Of a stretch of DNA of 59,411 bases, positions 48,206-59,411 are shown piece by piece. The translations under genes and the position numbers were made by a program. Under the pieces are notes generated by a model, which had not been told where the DNA came from, ran no database searches, and was given only the letters and a program-made list of their open reading frames with translations. The first letter of the stretch is position 1, and the number at the start of each line of letters is the position of its first letter. Source of the DNA: Candidatus Methylomirabilota bacterium (GTDB taxonomy: Bacteria > Methylomirabilota > Methylomirabilia > Rokubacteriales > CSP1-6); assembly GCA_035260325.1 (NCBI GenBank), contig DATFVL010000144.1:1-59411 (forward strand), given 5' to 3'.

Positions 48206-51200
48206 TTACTGAGCGTTCAGGTTGACCGACACGAGTTTGGAGAGCCCGGGCTCCTCCATGGTGACGCCGTACAGGACGTCGGCGGCTTCCATGGTCTTGC
48301 GGTTGTGGGTGATGACGAGGAACTGCGTCTGGCTCGTCAGCTCACGGAGCACTTTGAGGAAGCGGTGGATGTTGGCGTCGTCGAGCGGCGCATCCACCTC
48401 GTCCAGCACGCAGAAGGGGCTCGGTCTGAAGTAGAAGATGGCGAAGAGCAGGGCGAGCCCGGTGAGCGCACGCTCGCCACCGGACAGGAGCGTCACGGAC
48501 TGCAGCCGCTTGCCGCGCGGCTGGGCCATCAGATCCACGCCCGTGTCGAGCGGGTCGCCGCCCTCTTCGGCCTCCACGAGCCGCAGCTCGGCACGCCCGC
48601 CCTCGAACAGCCGCTCGAAGATCCCCTGGAAGTGGCGGTTGATCTCCTCGAAGGCCTGGGCGAAGCGCTCCTGCGCGCTCCGGGTCATCCCGCGGAGCGC
48701 CTTCTCGAGGTCCTTGATCGACCCGACGAGGTCGTCGTGCTGGGTCCGGAGGAACGTGAGACGCTCGTCGAGCTCGCGGTACTCGTCGTCGGCGACGAGG
48801 TTCACCGGGCCGATGGCCGCGAGGCGCTCCTCGAGCTCCGCCACGCGCTCGCGCACGCCCGTGAGGTCACGCGCCGGATCGTGACCCGCACGGAGCCCGG
48901 CCTCGTCGACCCCGTAGGCACGCCACGCGTCCTGCCCGAGCTCCTCGCGGCGGATGCGGCACTCGGTCGCGGCCAGGTCGAGCTCGTGGACGCTCGAGAT
49001 CAGCCGCCCGATCGCGCCCTCGACGCCGCGCGTCTCGCCTTCCAGCCCGCGCAGCTCGGCGGCGAGCTGCTCGTGCTGCTCGGCCGCGAGCCGCGTCTCG
49101 CCCTCCATCCGGTCGCGCTCGATCGCGACGTCGCGCGCGCCCGCGTCCGTGCGCTCGCGCTCCTCGGCGAGCCAGGCGCGCCGGTCGTGGAGCTGGCCCT
49201 GCCGCCGCCGGGCCTGCTCGAGCCGCTCGGCGAGGTCGCGCTCCATGTCGCCAAGGCGCTGGAGCTCGCGGCCGAGCGCGTCCACGCGCTCCGTCGCCCC
49301 GGCGAGCTCCACGCGGCACGCCGTGAGCTCGCCGCCGAGCGTCGCCTCCTGCACCTGCGCGGCGTCGATCGCCGCGCGGCTCCGCGCCATCGCGGCCTCG
49401 TGGGCCGCCTCGGCCTCGCGCGCGAGCTCGACGCGCTGGCCCAGCTGGCCGAGCGTCCGCGCGGTTTCCTCCGTCTCGAGCTCCACCTGCCGCGACTCCG
49501 CGCGGACCGTCTCGAGGTGGCGCTGGACGCGCTCGTGCTCGCGCGCCGCCTGCTCCAGGTCCTTCTCGCTCGCGAGACACTGCGCCCGACGGGTGTGGAC
49601 CGCCTGGTCGAGCCGCGCGGCGTGCTCGCGGGCCGCCGTGACTTCTTCGGCGAGCGCCGCCACGGCCGTCTGCGCCTGAGCCTCGCCCGCCGCGAGCCGC
49701 CGCACCTCGTCGTCGAGCTCGCGGAGCCGGCGCTTGCGCGCAAGCAGCGAATGCTGGACTCCGGACGCCGGGGTCTCGCCGCCGCCGTGCAGGCGGCCCG
49801 TCGGCCCCAGGACCTCGCCCGAGGGAGTGACGTAGATCGCCACCACGCCGTTGCGGCGCCAGAGGGCCTCCGCGCGGTCCAGGTGCTCGACGATCGCGAC
49901 GGGCCCGAGGAGGTGGTGCACCAAGCTCGCGCTGGGCGCGGCGACGCTCCCCGCCGCCCAGCGCACGCCCGACTCGTCGGCGGGCGTGCCCGCGGGCGAC
50001 GGCAGGTGCTCGAGCGGGAGGAACGTGGCGGCGCCGAGCGAGCGCTCGCGCAGATAGTCGACCGCGGCGCGGGCGTCGGCGAAGCGCTCGACGACCACCC
50101 ACTGGACCCGCTCGCCCAGGGCCGCCTCGATCGCGCGCTCCATCCCCGGCGGAACCTCCAGGAGGTCCGCGACCGTGCCGACCACCCCCGCGAGACCGCT
50201 GGCGCGCCCCTCGCCGAAGACGGCGCGCACGCCGGCGCCGTAGCCCTCGCGCTGGCGCTCGAGCTCGGCCAGCGCCTCGAGGCTCGACCGCCGGGCCGCG
50301 AGCGCGAGGCGCGTGTCCGCGAGCCCGCCCTCGGCCTCGGCGAGGCGCCGGGCCGCGCCCTCGAGGCGCGCGGCGAGCTGCCGGCGCTCGCCCTCGAGCG
50401 CGCCGAGCTCGGTCTGGGCCAGGTCGTGCGCCTCGACGAAGCGGGCGCGCTGCGCGTGCAACCGTCCGGCCTCCGCCTCGACCTCGGTCAACTCCTGGGC
50501 GAGGCGCTCGGCCCGACGCCCGAGCTGCGCCTCGCGCTCGCGGAGCTCGCCTGCCTGGCGCATGAGGTCGACGCGCTCGCCGGCGAGCCGCGCCTGCTCG
50601 AGTCGAAGCGCCTCGGCGCGGTCGCGCTCGGAGGCGAGGGCCGCGCGAAGCCGCTCGAGGCGCCCCGCGAGGTCGTCCGCCGCCCGGTCGCGCTCCTCCG
50701 CCTGGCGGGTCGCCTCCGCGAGCCCCGCGTGGCCGGCGTCGCGCTCGGCCAGCACCGTCTCGCGCCGCTCCGCCGTGACCCGGAGCTCCTCGGCAACCCG
50801 CACCGCCTCCTCCGCGAGCTCGCGGAGCTGCAGGCCCATCTGCTCGCGGCGCTCGAGGAGCCGCTCGAGCTCGCCCTGGACCTTCTGGACCGACTGCCGC
50901 AGGTCGGCGAGCCGGTGGTCGCTCGCCTGGAGGAGCTCGCGCTGGCGCGCCTCCCGCGCGGCGAGCCCCGCGCTCCGCGTCCGGAGAACCTGCTCCTCGT
51001 CGCGCAGCCGCCCGATCTCGCCCGCGAGCCGCTCGCCCTCGGCGACGCGCGCCATCCAGTCGGCCGCCGCGAGCGCCAGCGCCAGGTCGCGCTTCTCGGT
51101 CTGCAGCGCCTTGTACTGTTGCGCCTTCTTCGCCTGGCGCTCGAGCGAGCCGAGCTGCCGCTTCACCTCGTCCATCACGTCCCGGACGCGCACGAGGTTC

Positions 51201-51754
51201 TGGCGGGCGGCGTCGAGCTTGCCCTGCGTCTCGTTCCGCTGCTGCTTGTAGCGCGCGACGCCCGCCGCCTCCTCGATGAAGATGCGGCGCTCGTGGGGCT
51301 TGGCGGTGAGGACGTGGTTCAGCTTGTCCTGGTCCATCACCGAGTAGGCGCGGGGGTTCGCGCCCGTGCCGGCGAAGAGGTCGAGGATGTCCCGCAGGCG
51401 CGCGAGGTTCCGGTTGAGGAGATACTCGCTCTCGCCCGTCCGGTAGAGGCGGCGGGCGACCGCGACCTCGGTCCATGGCACGCTGAGCACGCCGTCGTTC
51501 CCGAACATGAGCTCGACCTCGGCGAGCCCGACGGGCTTGCGCGAGGCGGAGCCGTAGAAGATCACGTCCTCCATCCGCTGTCCGCGCAGCGACTTGGCGC
51601 TCTGCTCGCCGAGGGCCCAGCGCACCGCCTCGGAGATGTTGCTCTTCCCGCAGCCGTTCGGCCCGACGACGCCCGTGATCCCGGGCAGCACTTTCACCAC
51701 GGTCTTCTCGCCGAACGACTTGAACCCGTGCAGGGTGATCGATTCGAGGCGCAT
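48206..51754 (-). CDS. smc: Chromosome partition protein Smc
   Basis: Track ORF 48206..51994 trimmed to ATG 51754 (MRLESITLHGFKSFGEKTVVKVLPGITGVVGPNGCGKSN, Walker A). It has long coiled coils and a hinge. The C-terminal part has LSGGERALT plus Walker B FCVLDEVDAPLD. Length 1182 aa. Confidence 0.9.
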   Translation of the reverse strand: MRLESITLHGFKSFGEKTVVKVLPGITGVVGPNGCGKSNISEAVRWALGEQSAKSLRGQRMEDVIFYGSASRKPVGLAEVELMFGNDGVLSVPWTEVAVARRLYRTGESEYLLNRNLARLRDILDLFAGTGANPRAYSVMDQDKLNHVLTAKPHERRIFIEEAAGVARYKQQRNETQGKLDAARQNLVRVRDVMDEVKRQLGSLERQAKKAQQYKALQTEKRDLALALAAADWMARVAEGERLAGEIGRLRDEEQVLRTRSAGLAAREARQRELLQASDHRLADLRQSVQKVQGELERLLERREQMGLQLRELAEEAVRVAEELRVTAERRETVLAERDAGHAGLAEATRQAEERDRAADDLAGRLERLRAALASERDRAEALRLEQARLAGERVDLMRQAGELREREAQLGRRAERLAQELTEVEAEAGRLHAQRARFVEAHDLAQTELGALEGERRQLAARLEGAARRLAEAEGGLADTRLALAARRSSLEALAELERQREGYGAGVRAVFGEGRASGLAGVVGTVADLLEVPPGMERAIEAALGERVQWVVVERFADARAAVDYLRERSLGAATFLPLEHLPSPAGTPADESGVRWAAGSVAAPSASLVHHLLGPVAIVEHLDRAEALWRRNGVVAIYVTPSGEVLGPTGRLHGGGETPASGVQHSLLARKRRLRELDDEVRRLAAGEAQAQTAVAALAEEVTAAREHAARLDQAVHTRRAQCLASEKDLEQAAREHERVQRHLETVRAESRQVELETEETARTLGQLGQRVELAREAEAAHEAAMARSRAAIDAAQVQEATLGGELTACRVELAGATERVDALGRELQRLGDMERDLAERLEQARRRQGQLHDRRAWLAEERERTDAGARDVAIERDRMEGETRLAAEQHEQLAAELRGLEGETRGVEGAIGRLISSVHELDLAATECRIRREELGQDAWRAYGVDEAGLRAGHDPARDLTGVRERVAELEERLAAIGPVNLVADDEYRELDERLTFLRTQHDDLVGSIKDLEKALRGMTRSAQERFAQAFEEINRHFQGIFERLFEGGRAELRLVEAEEGGDPLDTGVDLMAQPRGKRLQSVTLLSGGERALTGLALLFAIFYFRPSPFCVLDEVDAPLDDANIHRFLKVLRELTSQTQFLVITHNRKTMEAADVLYGVTMEEPGLSKLVSVNLNAQ

Positions 51755-51794
51755 AAAGTTTATGTAGCACGTACGAGGCCTTACGCCCAAAAGA

Positions 51795-51803
51795 ATTGTA
51801 CCA
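51795..51803 (-). promoter_or_regulatory. Candidate extended -10 element (TGGTACAAT) upstream of smc
   Basis: The minus strand reads TGGTACAAT about 40 nt upstream of ATG 51754, in the lowest-GC stretch of the window. I found no convincing -35 and no obvious SD before the ATG. Confidence 0.3.
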
Positions 51804-52139
51804 GCGCTGGGGGGCCCGGCCGGGGCCGGACCCCAGATGTCGAGGCTCGGCCGCGGGGCGTGACCCCAGGTCCCGAGTGCTCCGGATCGCCCTGGTGGCG
51901 CGATGATCGTGGCGCGGACGCGGGGCGCCGGCGGGGCGAAGGGTGAGGCGCGGACCGGGATGCGTTTCCGGGGGACGGGTGAAGCGTGCGGCACGAGCGC
52001 GGGATCGTGATTCTCCTGTGCGCTCGCGCGGCCCTTCTGGCACGACCTGATGGCGACCTACTAGCGCGGCGAATACCCGTGGCACGGCGTGACGACGTCG
52101 TTCACGGCTCTCGACATCTGATGTTCCGGCTCCTCCGCG

Positions 52140-52523
52140 TTGTTCCTCGCGCTGGCGGCCTCGAGAGCGTGGCGCGCCCGAGCTCACGCAGCAGGTGCTC
52201 TCCTCGGCCTCGGCTTCGCCAGCTTCGTCGCGGCCGTGGGCGTCCTCCTCGCGCTGTCGGTGGTGTTTCGGTTCAGCGATCTCGAGTCGATGCGCCCCTC
52301 ACCCGGCTACCCGTTCTTCTCCAACGGTCGGTTGATCGGGGGTACGCTCGTGCCCTTCGCGACGCTCTATCTCGCGGGGCTCGGCGCCGTGACGCGACGG
52401 CCCCTCGTCGTGGTCATCGCTCTCGCGCCGGCGCTCACCGTCGCCGAATTCGTGCTCTCCGTCGACGTGTTCCGCAGCCGCTACAACTGGTTCCACCTCG
52501 TCGCCGCGGCGACGGCTCTCTGA
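52140..52523 (+). CDS. Hypothetical small membrane protein (about three TM segments), possibly the 3' remnant of a decayed gene
   Basis: This is the only plus-strand ORF with coding-like third-position GC and hydrophobic helices (GALLGLGFASFVAAVGVLLALSVVF, LIGGTLVPFATLYLAGLGAV, PLVVVIALAPALTVAEFVLSV). It starts at TTG. The first roughly 20 codons have poor GC3, so the true start is unclear. I recognise no family. Confidence 0.4.
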   Translation: MFLALAASRAWRARAHAAGALLGLGFASFVAAVGVLLALSVVFRFSDLESMRPSPGYPFFSNGRLIGGTLVPFATLYLAGLGAVTRRPLVVVIALAPALTVAEFVLSVDVFRSRYNWFHLVAAATAL

Positions 52524-52544
52524 GGCGGGTCCCGCCGCCGACCA

Positions 52545-55331
<2,787 letters not shown>

Positions 55332-55371
55332 CTCGATTGATTATGGCACACGCGCGTGGCCCGGAGCGATT

Positions 55372-57051
55372 TCAGCGCCCGCCGCTCGCGGCGCCGAGCA
55401 GCTCACGCGCGTGGCCGCGCGCGGTGTCCGTGACTCGCGCGCCGCCCAGCATCCGCGCGACCTCCTCGACGCGCGCCTCGCCCGCGAGGAGCTCGGCGCT
55501 CACGCGGGTGCGGCCCGCCCGCACGCTCTTGGCGACGCGCAGGTGGTGATGCGCGCGCGCCGCGATCGGCGCCAGGTGGGTCACGCAGAGGACCTGTCGC
55601 CCCTCCGCGGCGCCGGCGAGCTTCTGCGCCACCACGGCGGCGACCCGCCCGCCGATGCCCGCGTCCACCTCGTCGAAGACCATCGTGGGCACGCGGTCGG
55701 CCTTGGCCAGCACCGTCTTGAGCGCGAGCATCGCGCGCGAGAGCTCGCCGCCGGACGCCACGCGCGCGAGCGGGCGGAGCTCCTCGCCCGGGTTCGTCGA
55801 GAGCCGGAACTCCGCGCGGTCGAGGCCGCGCGGCGAGACATCGTCCAGGGCACCGCGCTCGAGGGCGATCCGGAACACCGCGCGCTCCATCCCGAGGGCG
55901 CGCAGCTCGCGCTCGACCTGGGGCGCCAGGCGCTCGCCCGCGGCGCTGCGACGCTCGGAGAGCTCGTCGGCGGCCTCGGCGAGCTCGGCGTGCAGCTCGG
56001 CCAGGAGCCGCTCCTGCTCCGCCAGGATCTCCTCGTGACGCCCGAGGCGGTCGAGCTCGGCCGCCGCCCGGTCGCGGAATGCAAGCATCGCCTGCTCCGT
56101 GTCGCCGTACTTGCGCTTGAGCCGCGTCAGCGCGTCCAGGCGCTCGTCGACCGCCTCGAGCCGCCCGGGCTCCACGCTCACGGCGTCGCGGAGCGCCCTG
56201 ATCCGTGCGAGCGCCTCGTCGAGCTGGATGGCGGCCGCGTCGAGCGTCTCCACGGGCCCGGTGAAGGCGGGGTCGAGGCGCCCGAGGTCGGTGAGGAGCC
56301 GCGCGGCCCGATGGATGCGCGCCGCCGCCGAGCCCTCGTCGTCCGCCAAAAGCGCGGCGGCCTCGACGATCCCGGCGAGCAGGCGCTCCGCGTGCTGGGC
56401 GCGGCGCCGCTCCCCGCGCAGCTCCTCCTCCTCGCCGGGCCGGAGGCGGGCGCCATCGAGCTCGGAGACCTGGAAGCGCAGCTGGTCCTCGCGCTGCGCC
56501 CGGTCCCGCTCCGCCGCGCGCGTGCGCTCGACCGCCTCGCGGGCCGCCCGGTACTTCGCGACGAGGGAGGCGACGCGCTCGCGGAGGTCCTCGGCGTCGG
56601 CGAACCGATCGAGCAGCTCGAGCTGGCGCGCGGGCTCGAGGAGCCGCTGGTGCTCGTGCTGGCCGTGGACCTCGACGAGGTGGTCGCCGAGCCGCTCGAG
56701 CAGCGCCACGGTCACCGGCGAGTCGTTGACGAAGGCCCGGTGGCGGCCCCCGCGCGCGAGCTCGCGGCGCACGACGAGCTGGCCGTCCTCGAGGGCCAGC
56801 CCCGCCTCGTCCAGGACGTCCGCCACCGGGCCGCGGGGCTCGGCGTCGAAGACCGCCTCCACGGTGGCGGTCTCGGCGTCGGTGCGGATCACGTCGGTCT
56901 GGGCGCGGGCGCCCCGCACGAGGAGGATCGCGTCGATCAGCATGGACTTGCCGGCCCCGGTCTCGCCGCTCAGGACGTTCAGGCCGGGGCCGAACGGCGC
57001 CGTGACGGACTCGATCACGGCGAAGTTCCGGATGCGCAGCTCGCGCAGCAT
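55372..57051 (-). CDS. recN: DNA repair protein RecN
   Basis: 559-aa ORF. MLRELRIRNFAVIES..LNVLSGETGAGKSMLIDAI is followed by a central coiled coil and a C-terminal ASGGELSR and FDEVDAGIGG. Confidence 0.9.
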   Translation of the reverse strand: MLRELRIRNFAVIESVTAPFGPGLNVLSGETGAGKSMLIDAILLVRGARAQTDVIRTDAETATVEAVFDAEPRGPVADVLDEAGLALEDGQLVVRRELARGGRHRAFVNDSPVTVALLERLGDHLVEVHGQHEHQRLLEPARQLELLDRFADAEDLRERVASLVAKYRAAREAVERTRAAERDRAQREDQLRFQVSELDGARLRPGEEEELRGERRRAQHAERLLAGIVEAAALLADDEGSAAARIHRAARLLTDLGRLDPAFTGPVETLDAAAIQLDEALARIRALRDAVSVEPGRLEAVDERLDALTRLKRKYGDTEQAMLAFRDRAAAELDRLGRHEEILAEQERLLAELHAELAEAADELSERRSAAGERLAPQVERELRALGMERAVFRIALERGALDDVSPRGLDRAEFRLSTNPGEELRPLARVASGGELSRAMLALKTVLAKADRVPTMVFDEVDAGIGGRVAAVVAQKLAGAAEGRQVLCVTHLAPIAARAHHHLRVAKSVRAGRTRVSAELLAGEARVEEVARMLGGARVTDTARGHARELLGAASGGR

Positions 57052-57111
57052 CGGAATGGATGCTAGGTCAGTCGGCCGGACCGCTCAAGCGGTATCCGGG
57101 GCGATACGCCG

Positions 57112-57969
57112 CTACCGCTCCCCCCACTTCAGCTTCGTCCGGAGCACGGAGAAGAACCCCTTCTGCGGGAAGCGGAGGAGCCGGATGCGCGCGCCGCCCT
57201 TCACGACTTCCACCGTGTCGTGCACCTTGAGGTGCACCCCGAGCTGGCCGTCCACCGTGGCCATCACCTCCTGGTCGGCCAGCAGGGTGACCTCGACGCG
57301 GAGGCCGCCCGGGACGACGATCGGCCGGTTCGTCAGCGTGTGCGAGCAGATCGGCGTCAGCACCAGCGCGTCCATCGTCGGGAAGAGGATCGGGCCGCCG
57401 GCCGACAGGCTGTACGCGGTCGAGCCCGTCGGGGTCGAGATGATGAGTCCGTCGGCGCGGTACGCGGTCGCGTGCTGGCCCTCGACCGAGACGGCGAGGT
57501 CGATGATCCGGCTCACCGCGGACTTGGTGATGACGACGTCGTTCAGCGCCGCGTACTCGCACAGCCGCTGGCCGCCGCGCAGGACGCGGACGGTGAGCAT
57601 CATGCGCTCGTCCACCGCCATCCGCCCGGCGAGGACCGCCTCGAGCGCGGGGAGCATCTCGTCGAGGGTCGTCGCGGTGAGGAACCCGAGCCCGCCCAGA
57701 TTCACCCCGAGCAGCGGCACGCCGAGGTCGCCCACCGCGCGCGCCATCGAGAGCAGCGTGCCGTCCCCGCCGAGCACCACGAGCAGGTCCACCTGCGCCG
57801 GGAGCTCGGCCTTGCCGACCGAGGGTACCGTGGCGGCCGGGACGAGCGCCGCCGTCTCCTTCTCGAGCACGGCGGCGAGCCCGCGCGCCGCGAGCCACGC
57901 GAGCAGCTCCGTCACGACGCCGCGGGCCTCCGTGGCGCCCGGCTTCGCGACGATGCCGACGCGCTTCAC
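57112..57969 (-). CDS. nadK: NAD+ kinase
   Basis: Track ORF 57112..58878 trimmed to GTG 57969 (VKRVGIVAKPG.., GTGA overlap with the tlyA stop). GGDGT motif (VVLGGDGTLL) and ..STPTGSTAYSLSAGGP.. are present. Confidence 0.9.
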   Translation of the reverse strand: MKRVGIVAKPGATEARGVVTELLAWLAARGLAAVLEKETAALVPAATVPSVGKAELPAQVDLLVVLGGDGTLLSMARAVGDLGVPLLGVNLGGLGFLTATTLDEMLPALEAVLAGRMAVDERMMLTVRVLRGGQRLCEYAALNDVVITKSAVSRIIDLAVSVEGQHATAYRADGLIISTPTGSTAYSLSAGGPILFPTMDALVLTPICSHTLTNRPIVVPGGLRVEVTLLADQEVMATVDGQLGVHLKVHDTVEVVKGGARIRLLRFPQKGFFSVLRTKLKWGER

Positions 57970-58775
57970 GCAAGCGCCTCGACGCTCTTGTCGATCATGG
58001 ACTCGAGGTCGCTGGCGGTGCGGCCGTGCGAGGAGCAGTGCAGGAAAAACTCTCGGTTGCCCTTCGGACCCCGCAGCGGCGACGCGGTCACGCCGAGGAC
58101 GTGCCAGCCCCGGAGCACCGCGTAGCGGGCTAGGCGCTGGACCGAGGCCCGGTGCAGCGCGGGGTCGCGCACCACCCCGCCCTTGCCGACGTGCGCGCGG
58201 CCCACCTCGAACTGCGGCTTCACGAGGGCCACCACCTCCCCGCGCGGCGCGAGGACGCCGAACACCGCGGGCAGGATCTTCTCGAGCGAGATGAACGAGA
58301 CGTCGATCGTCGCGAGCGTCGGCTGCTCGCCGAAGATCCGGGGGTCGAGCGCCCGCGCGTTGGACTGCTCCATGACGACGACGCGCGGATCCTTGCGGAG
58401 CTTGGCGTCGAGCTGGGCGGTGCCGACGTCCACGGCGAAGACGCGCGCGGCCCCGCGCTGGAGGAGGCAGTCGGTGAAGCCGCCCGTCGAGGCGCCCACG
58501 TCGATGCAGACGCGTCCGGCGACCTTCACTCGGAAGCCGTCGAGCGCGTGGGCCAGCTTCTCGCCGCCGCGGCTCACGTACGGCGAGCGCCCCTGGAGCT
58601 CCACGTCCGCGCCGGACGGAACGAGCGCGCCGGCCTTGTCCACGCGCTTGCCGTCCACGAGGACCTCGCCGGCCAGGATGTGGCGGGCCGCCTGCTCGCG
58701 GCTCACGACGAGCCCGCGGTCGACGAGCAGACGGTCGATGCGCACGCGCGCCGGCGGCTTCGTCATGTCCTTCAT
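57966..58775 (-). CDS. tlyA: TlyA family rRNA (cytidine-2'-O)-methyltransferase
   Basis: Track ORF 57966..59321 trimmed to ATG 58775 (MKDMTKPPARVRIDRLLVDRGLVVSREQAARHILAGEVLVDG, an S4 domain). It has an FtsJ-type SAM site DVGASTGGFTD. The tlyA-nadK-recN order is also known from actinobacteria and firmicutes. Confidence 0.85.
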   Translation of the reverse strand: MKDMTKPPARVRIDRLLVDRGLVVSREQAARHILAGEVLVDGKRVDKAGALVPSGADVELQGRSPYVSRGGEKLAHALDGFRVKVAGRVCIDVGASTGGFTDCLLQRGAARVFAVDVGTAQLDAKLRKDPRVVVMEQSNARALDPRIFGEQPTLATIDVSFISLEKILPAVFGVLAPRGEVVALVKPQFEVGRAHVGKGGVVRDPALHRASVQRLARYAVLRGWHVLGVTASPLRGPKGNREFFLHCSSHGRTASDLESMIDKSVEALA

Positions 58776-59411
58776 TATAGGCGAGCGCTCCGCCGCGGCC
58801 GCAGCAGAAACAGCAGCACGATTCCCGCGAGAAACCCCCCGATGTGGGCGAACCACGCCGTTCCTCCCGTCTCGGCAACCCCGCTCGCCACGGCGCCGAC
58901 GGTGACCAACCCGTTGATGAACTGGACCACGATCCAGAAGCCGAGCACGATCACCGCGGGGACGTACACGAGGCGCACGAAGAAGCCGAAGATCAGCAGC
59001 ACGAGCACGCGAGCGTAGGGAAAGAGGACGAGGTAGGCACCGAGGACCCCCGAGATGGCGCCGCTGGCACCGATCATCGGGATGGACGACCTGGGCCCGA
59101 CGAGGGTCTGGGCACCCGCCGCGGCGACTCCCGACAGCAGATAGAAGAGAAGGAAGCGCCCGTGACCGAGCGAGTCCTCGACGTTGTCGCCGAAGATCCA
59201 CAGATAGAGCATGTTGCCGGCGATGTGGAGGAGCCCGCCGTGCAGGAACATCGCGCTGAAGATCGTGACGACCGCCGGCGGGAAGTCGTCCGGGGAGACG
59301 CAGCTCGCGGTGATCCGGCACGGGATCGCGCCGAACTCGGTGACGAATGCCTCCGCCGCGCGCGACGCGACGGGCTCCGGGCCCATGGCGAGCGACGCCT
59401 GGTAGGCGAAG
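58775..59411 (-). CDS. Rhomboid family intramembrane serine protease (5' end probably beyond the right edge)
   Basis: The track ORF starts at ATG 59386, but the frame is still open to the window edge (..FAYQASLAMGPEP..). The catalytic Ser context is GASGAISGV and the catalytic His context is FAHIGGFLAG. It has multiple TM helices. Confidence 0.8.
   Translation of the reverse strand, partial: FAYQASLAMGPEPVASRAAEAFVTEFGAIPCRITASCVSPDDFPPAVVTIFSAMFLHGGLLHIAGNMLYLWIFGDNVEDSLGHGRFLLFYLLSGVAAAGAQTLVGPRSSIPMIGASGAISGVLGAYLVLFPYARVLVLLIFGFFVRLVYVPAVIVLGFWIVVQFINGLVTVGAVASGVAETGGTAWFAHIGGFLAGIVLLFLLRPRRSARL

Noticed and set aside
51811-51834. GC-only imperfect palindrome GGGGCCCGGCCGGGGCCGGACCCC upstream of smc.
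   Set aside because: It lies between divergent starts, so it is not a terminator. It has a 2-nt loop and a mismatch. Such G/C runs are common in this sequence.
48867-52187. 1106-aa alternative minus-strand frame inside smc.
   Set aside because: Its composition is almost pure Arg/Ala/Gly/Pro. The overlapping frame 48206..51754 carries all the SMC motifs.
52524-52536. GGCGGGTCCCGCC palindrome between the convergent plus-strand ORF and secA, considered as a bidirectional terminator.
   Set aside because: The effective stem is only 4-5 bp once a viable loop is allowed, and there is no T/U tract on either strand. It is too weak to call.

Overview
This is a 59.4-kb chromosomal segment that looks very GC-rich (about 70 % by eye, not computed). 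It comes from a diderm, LPS-making bacterium. I accept 56 protein-coding genes, and 55 of them lie on the minus strand. They are packed with many 4-nt stop/start overlaps, mostly GTGA.

Gene content, read right to left in the direction of transcription:
- rhomboid-tlyA-nadK-recN-secA
- one small plus-strand membrane-protein ORF, possibly a gene remnant
- smc-rodZ-ftsY, then the riboflavin operon ribD-ribE-ribBA-ribH with nusB
- a metallophosphoesterase, then lnt, prfB (with the classical +1 frameshift site), lysS, lolE and lolD
- clpC
- a long outer-membrane/LPS block: bamA-skp-lpxD-lpxA-(Gfo/Idh/MocA oxidoreductase)-lpxI-lpxB-(DUF374-like)-waaA-lpxK-waaF-(four GT4 glycosyltransferases)-gmhB-hldA-hldC-waaC-(GT2)
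- trpS-scpA-scpB-rluB
- pheA-hisC-tyrA-aroA-cmk-plsC-rpsA-sppA
- ihfB, a HIT-family gene, and the 5' end of mutS

Many ORFs in the supplied track are over-extended at the 5' end, or are antisense artefacts of the high GC content. I trimmed starts to in-frame GTG/ATG codons at stop/start overlaps.

I found no rRNA, tRNA, CRISPR array, transposase, integrase, phage gene or recognisable defence or toxin genes. I do not see a convincing new multi-gene system, so this reads as core genome.

The points most worth a second look are:
- the GnnA-like oxidoreductase and the DUF374-like gene inside the lipid A cluster
- a 29-codon ORF that bridges two glycosyltransferase genes with ATGA overlaps at both ends
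- two genes whose only well-placed start is CTG inside a CTGA overlap
- the decayed-looking plus-strand ORF between smc and secA
- the extreme co-orientation and translational coupling of the whole window
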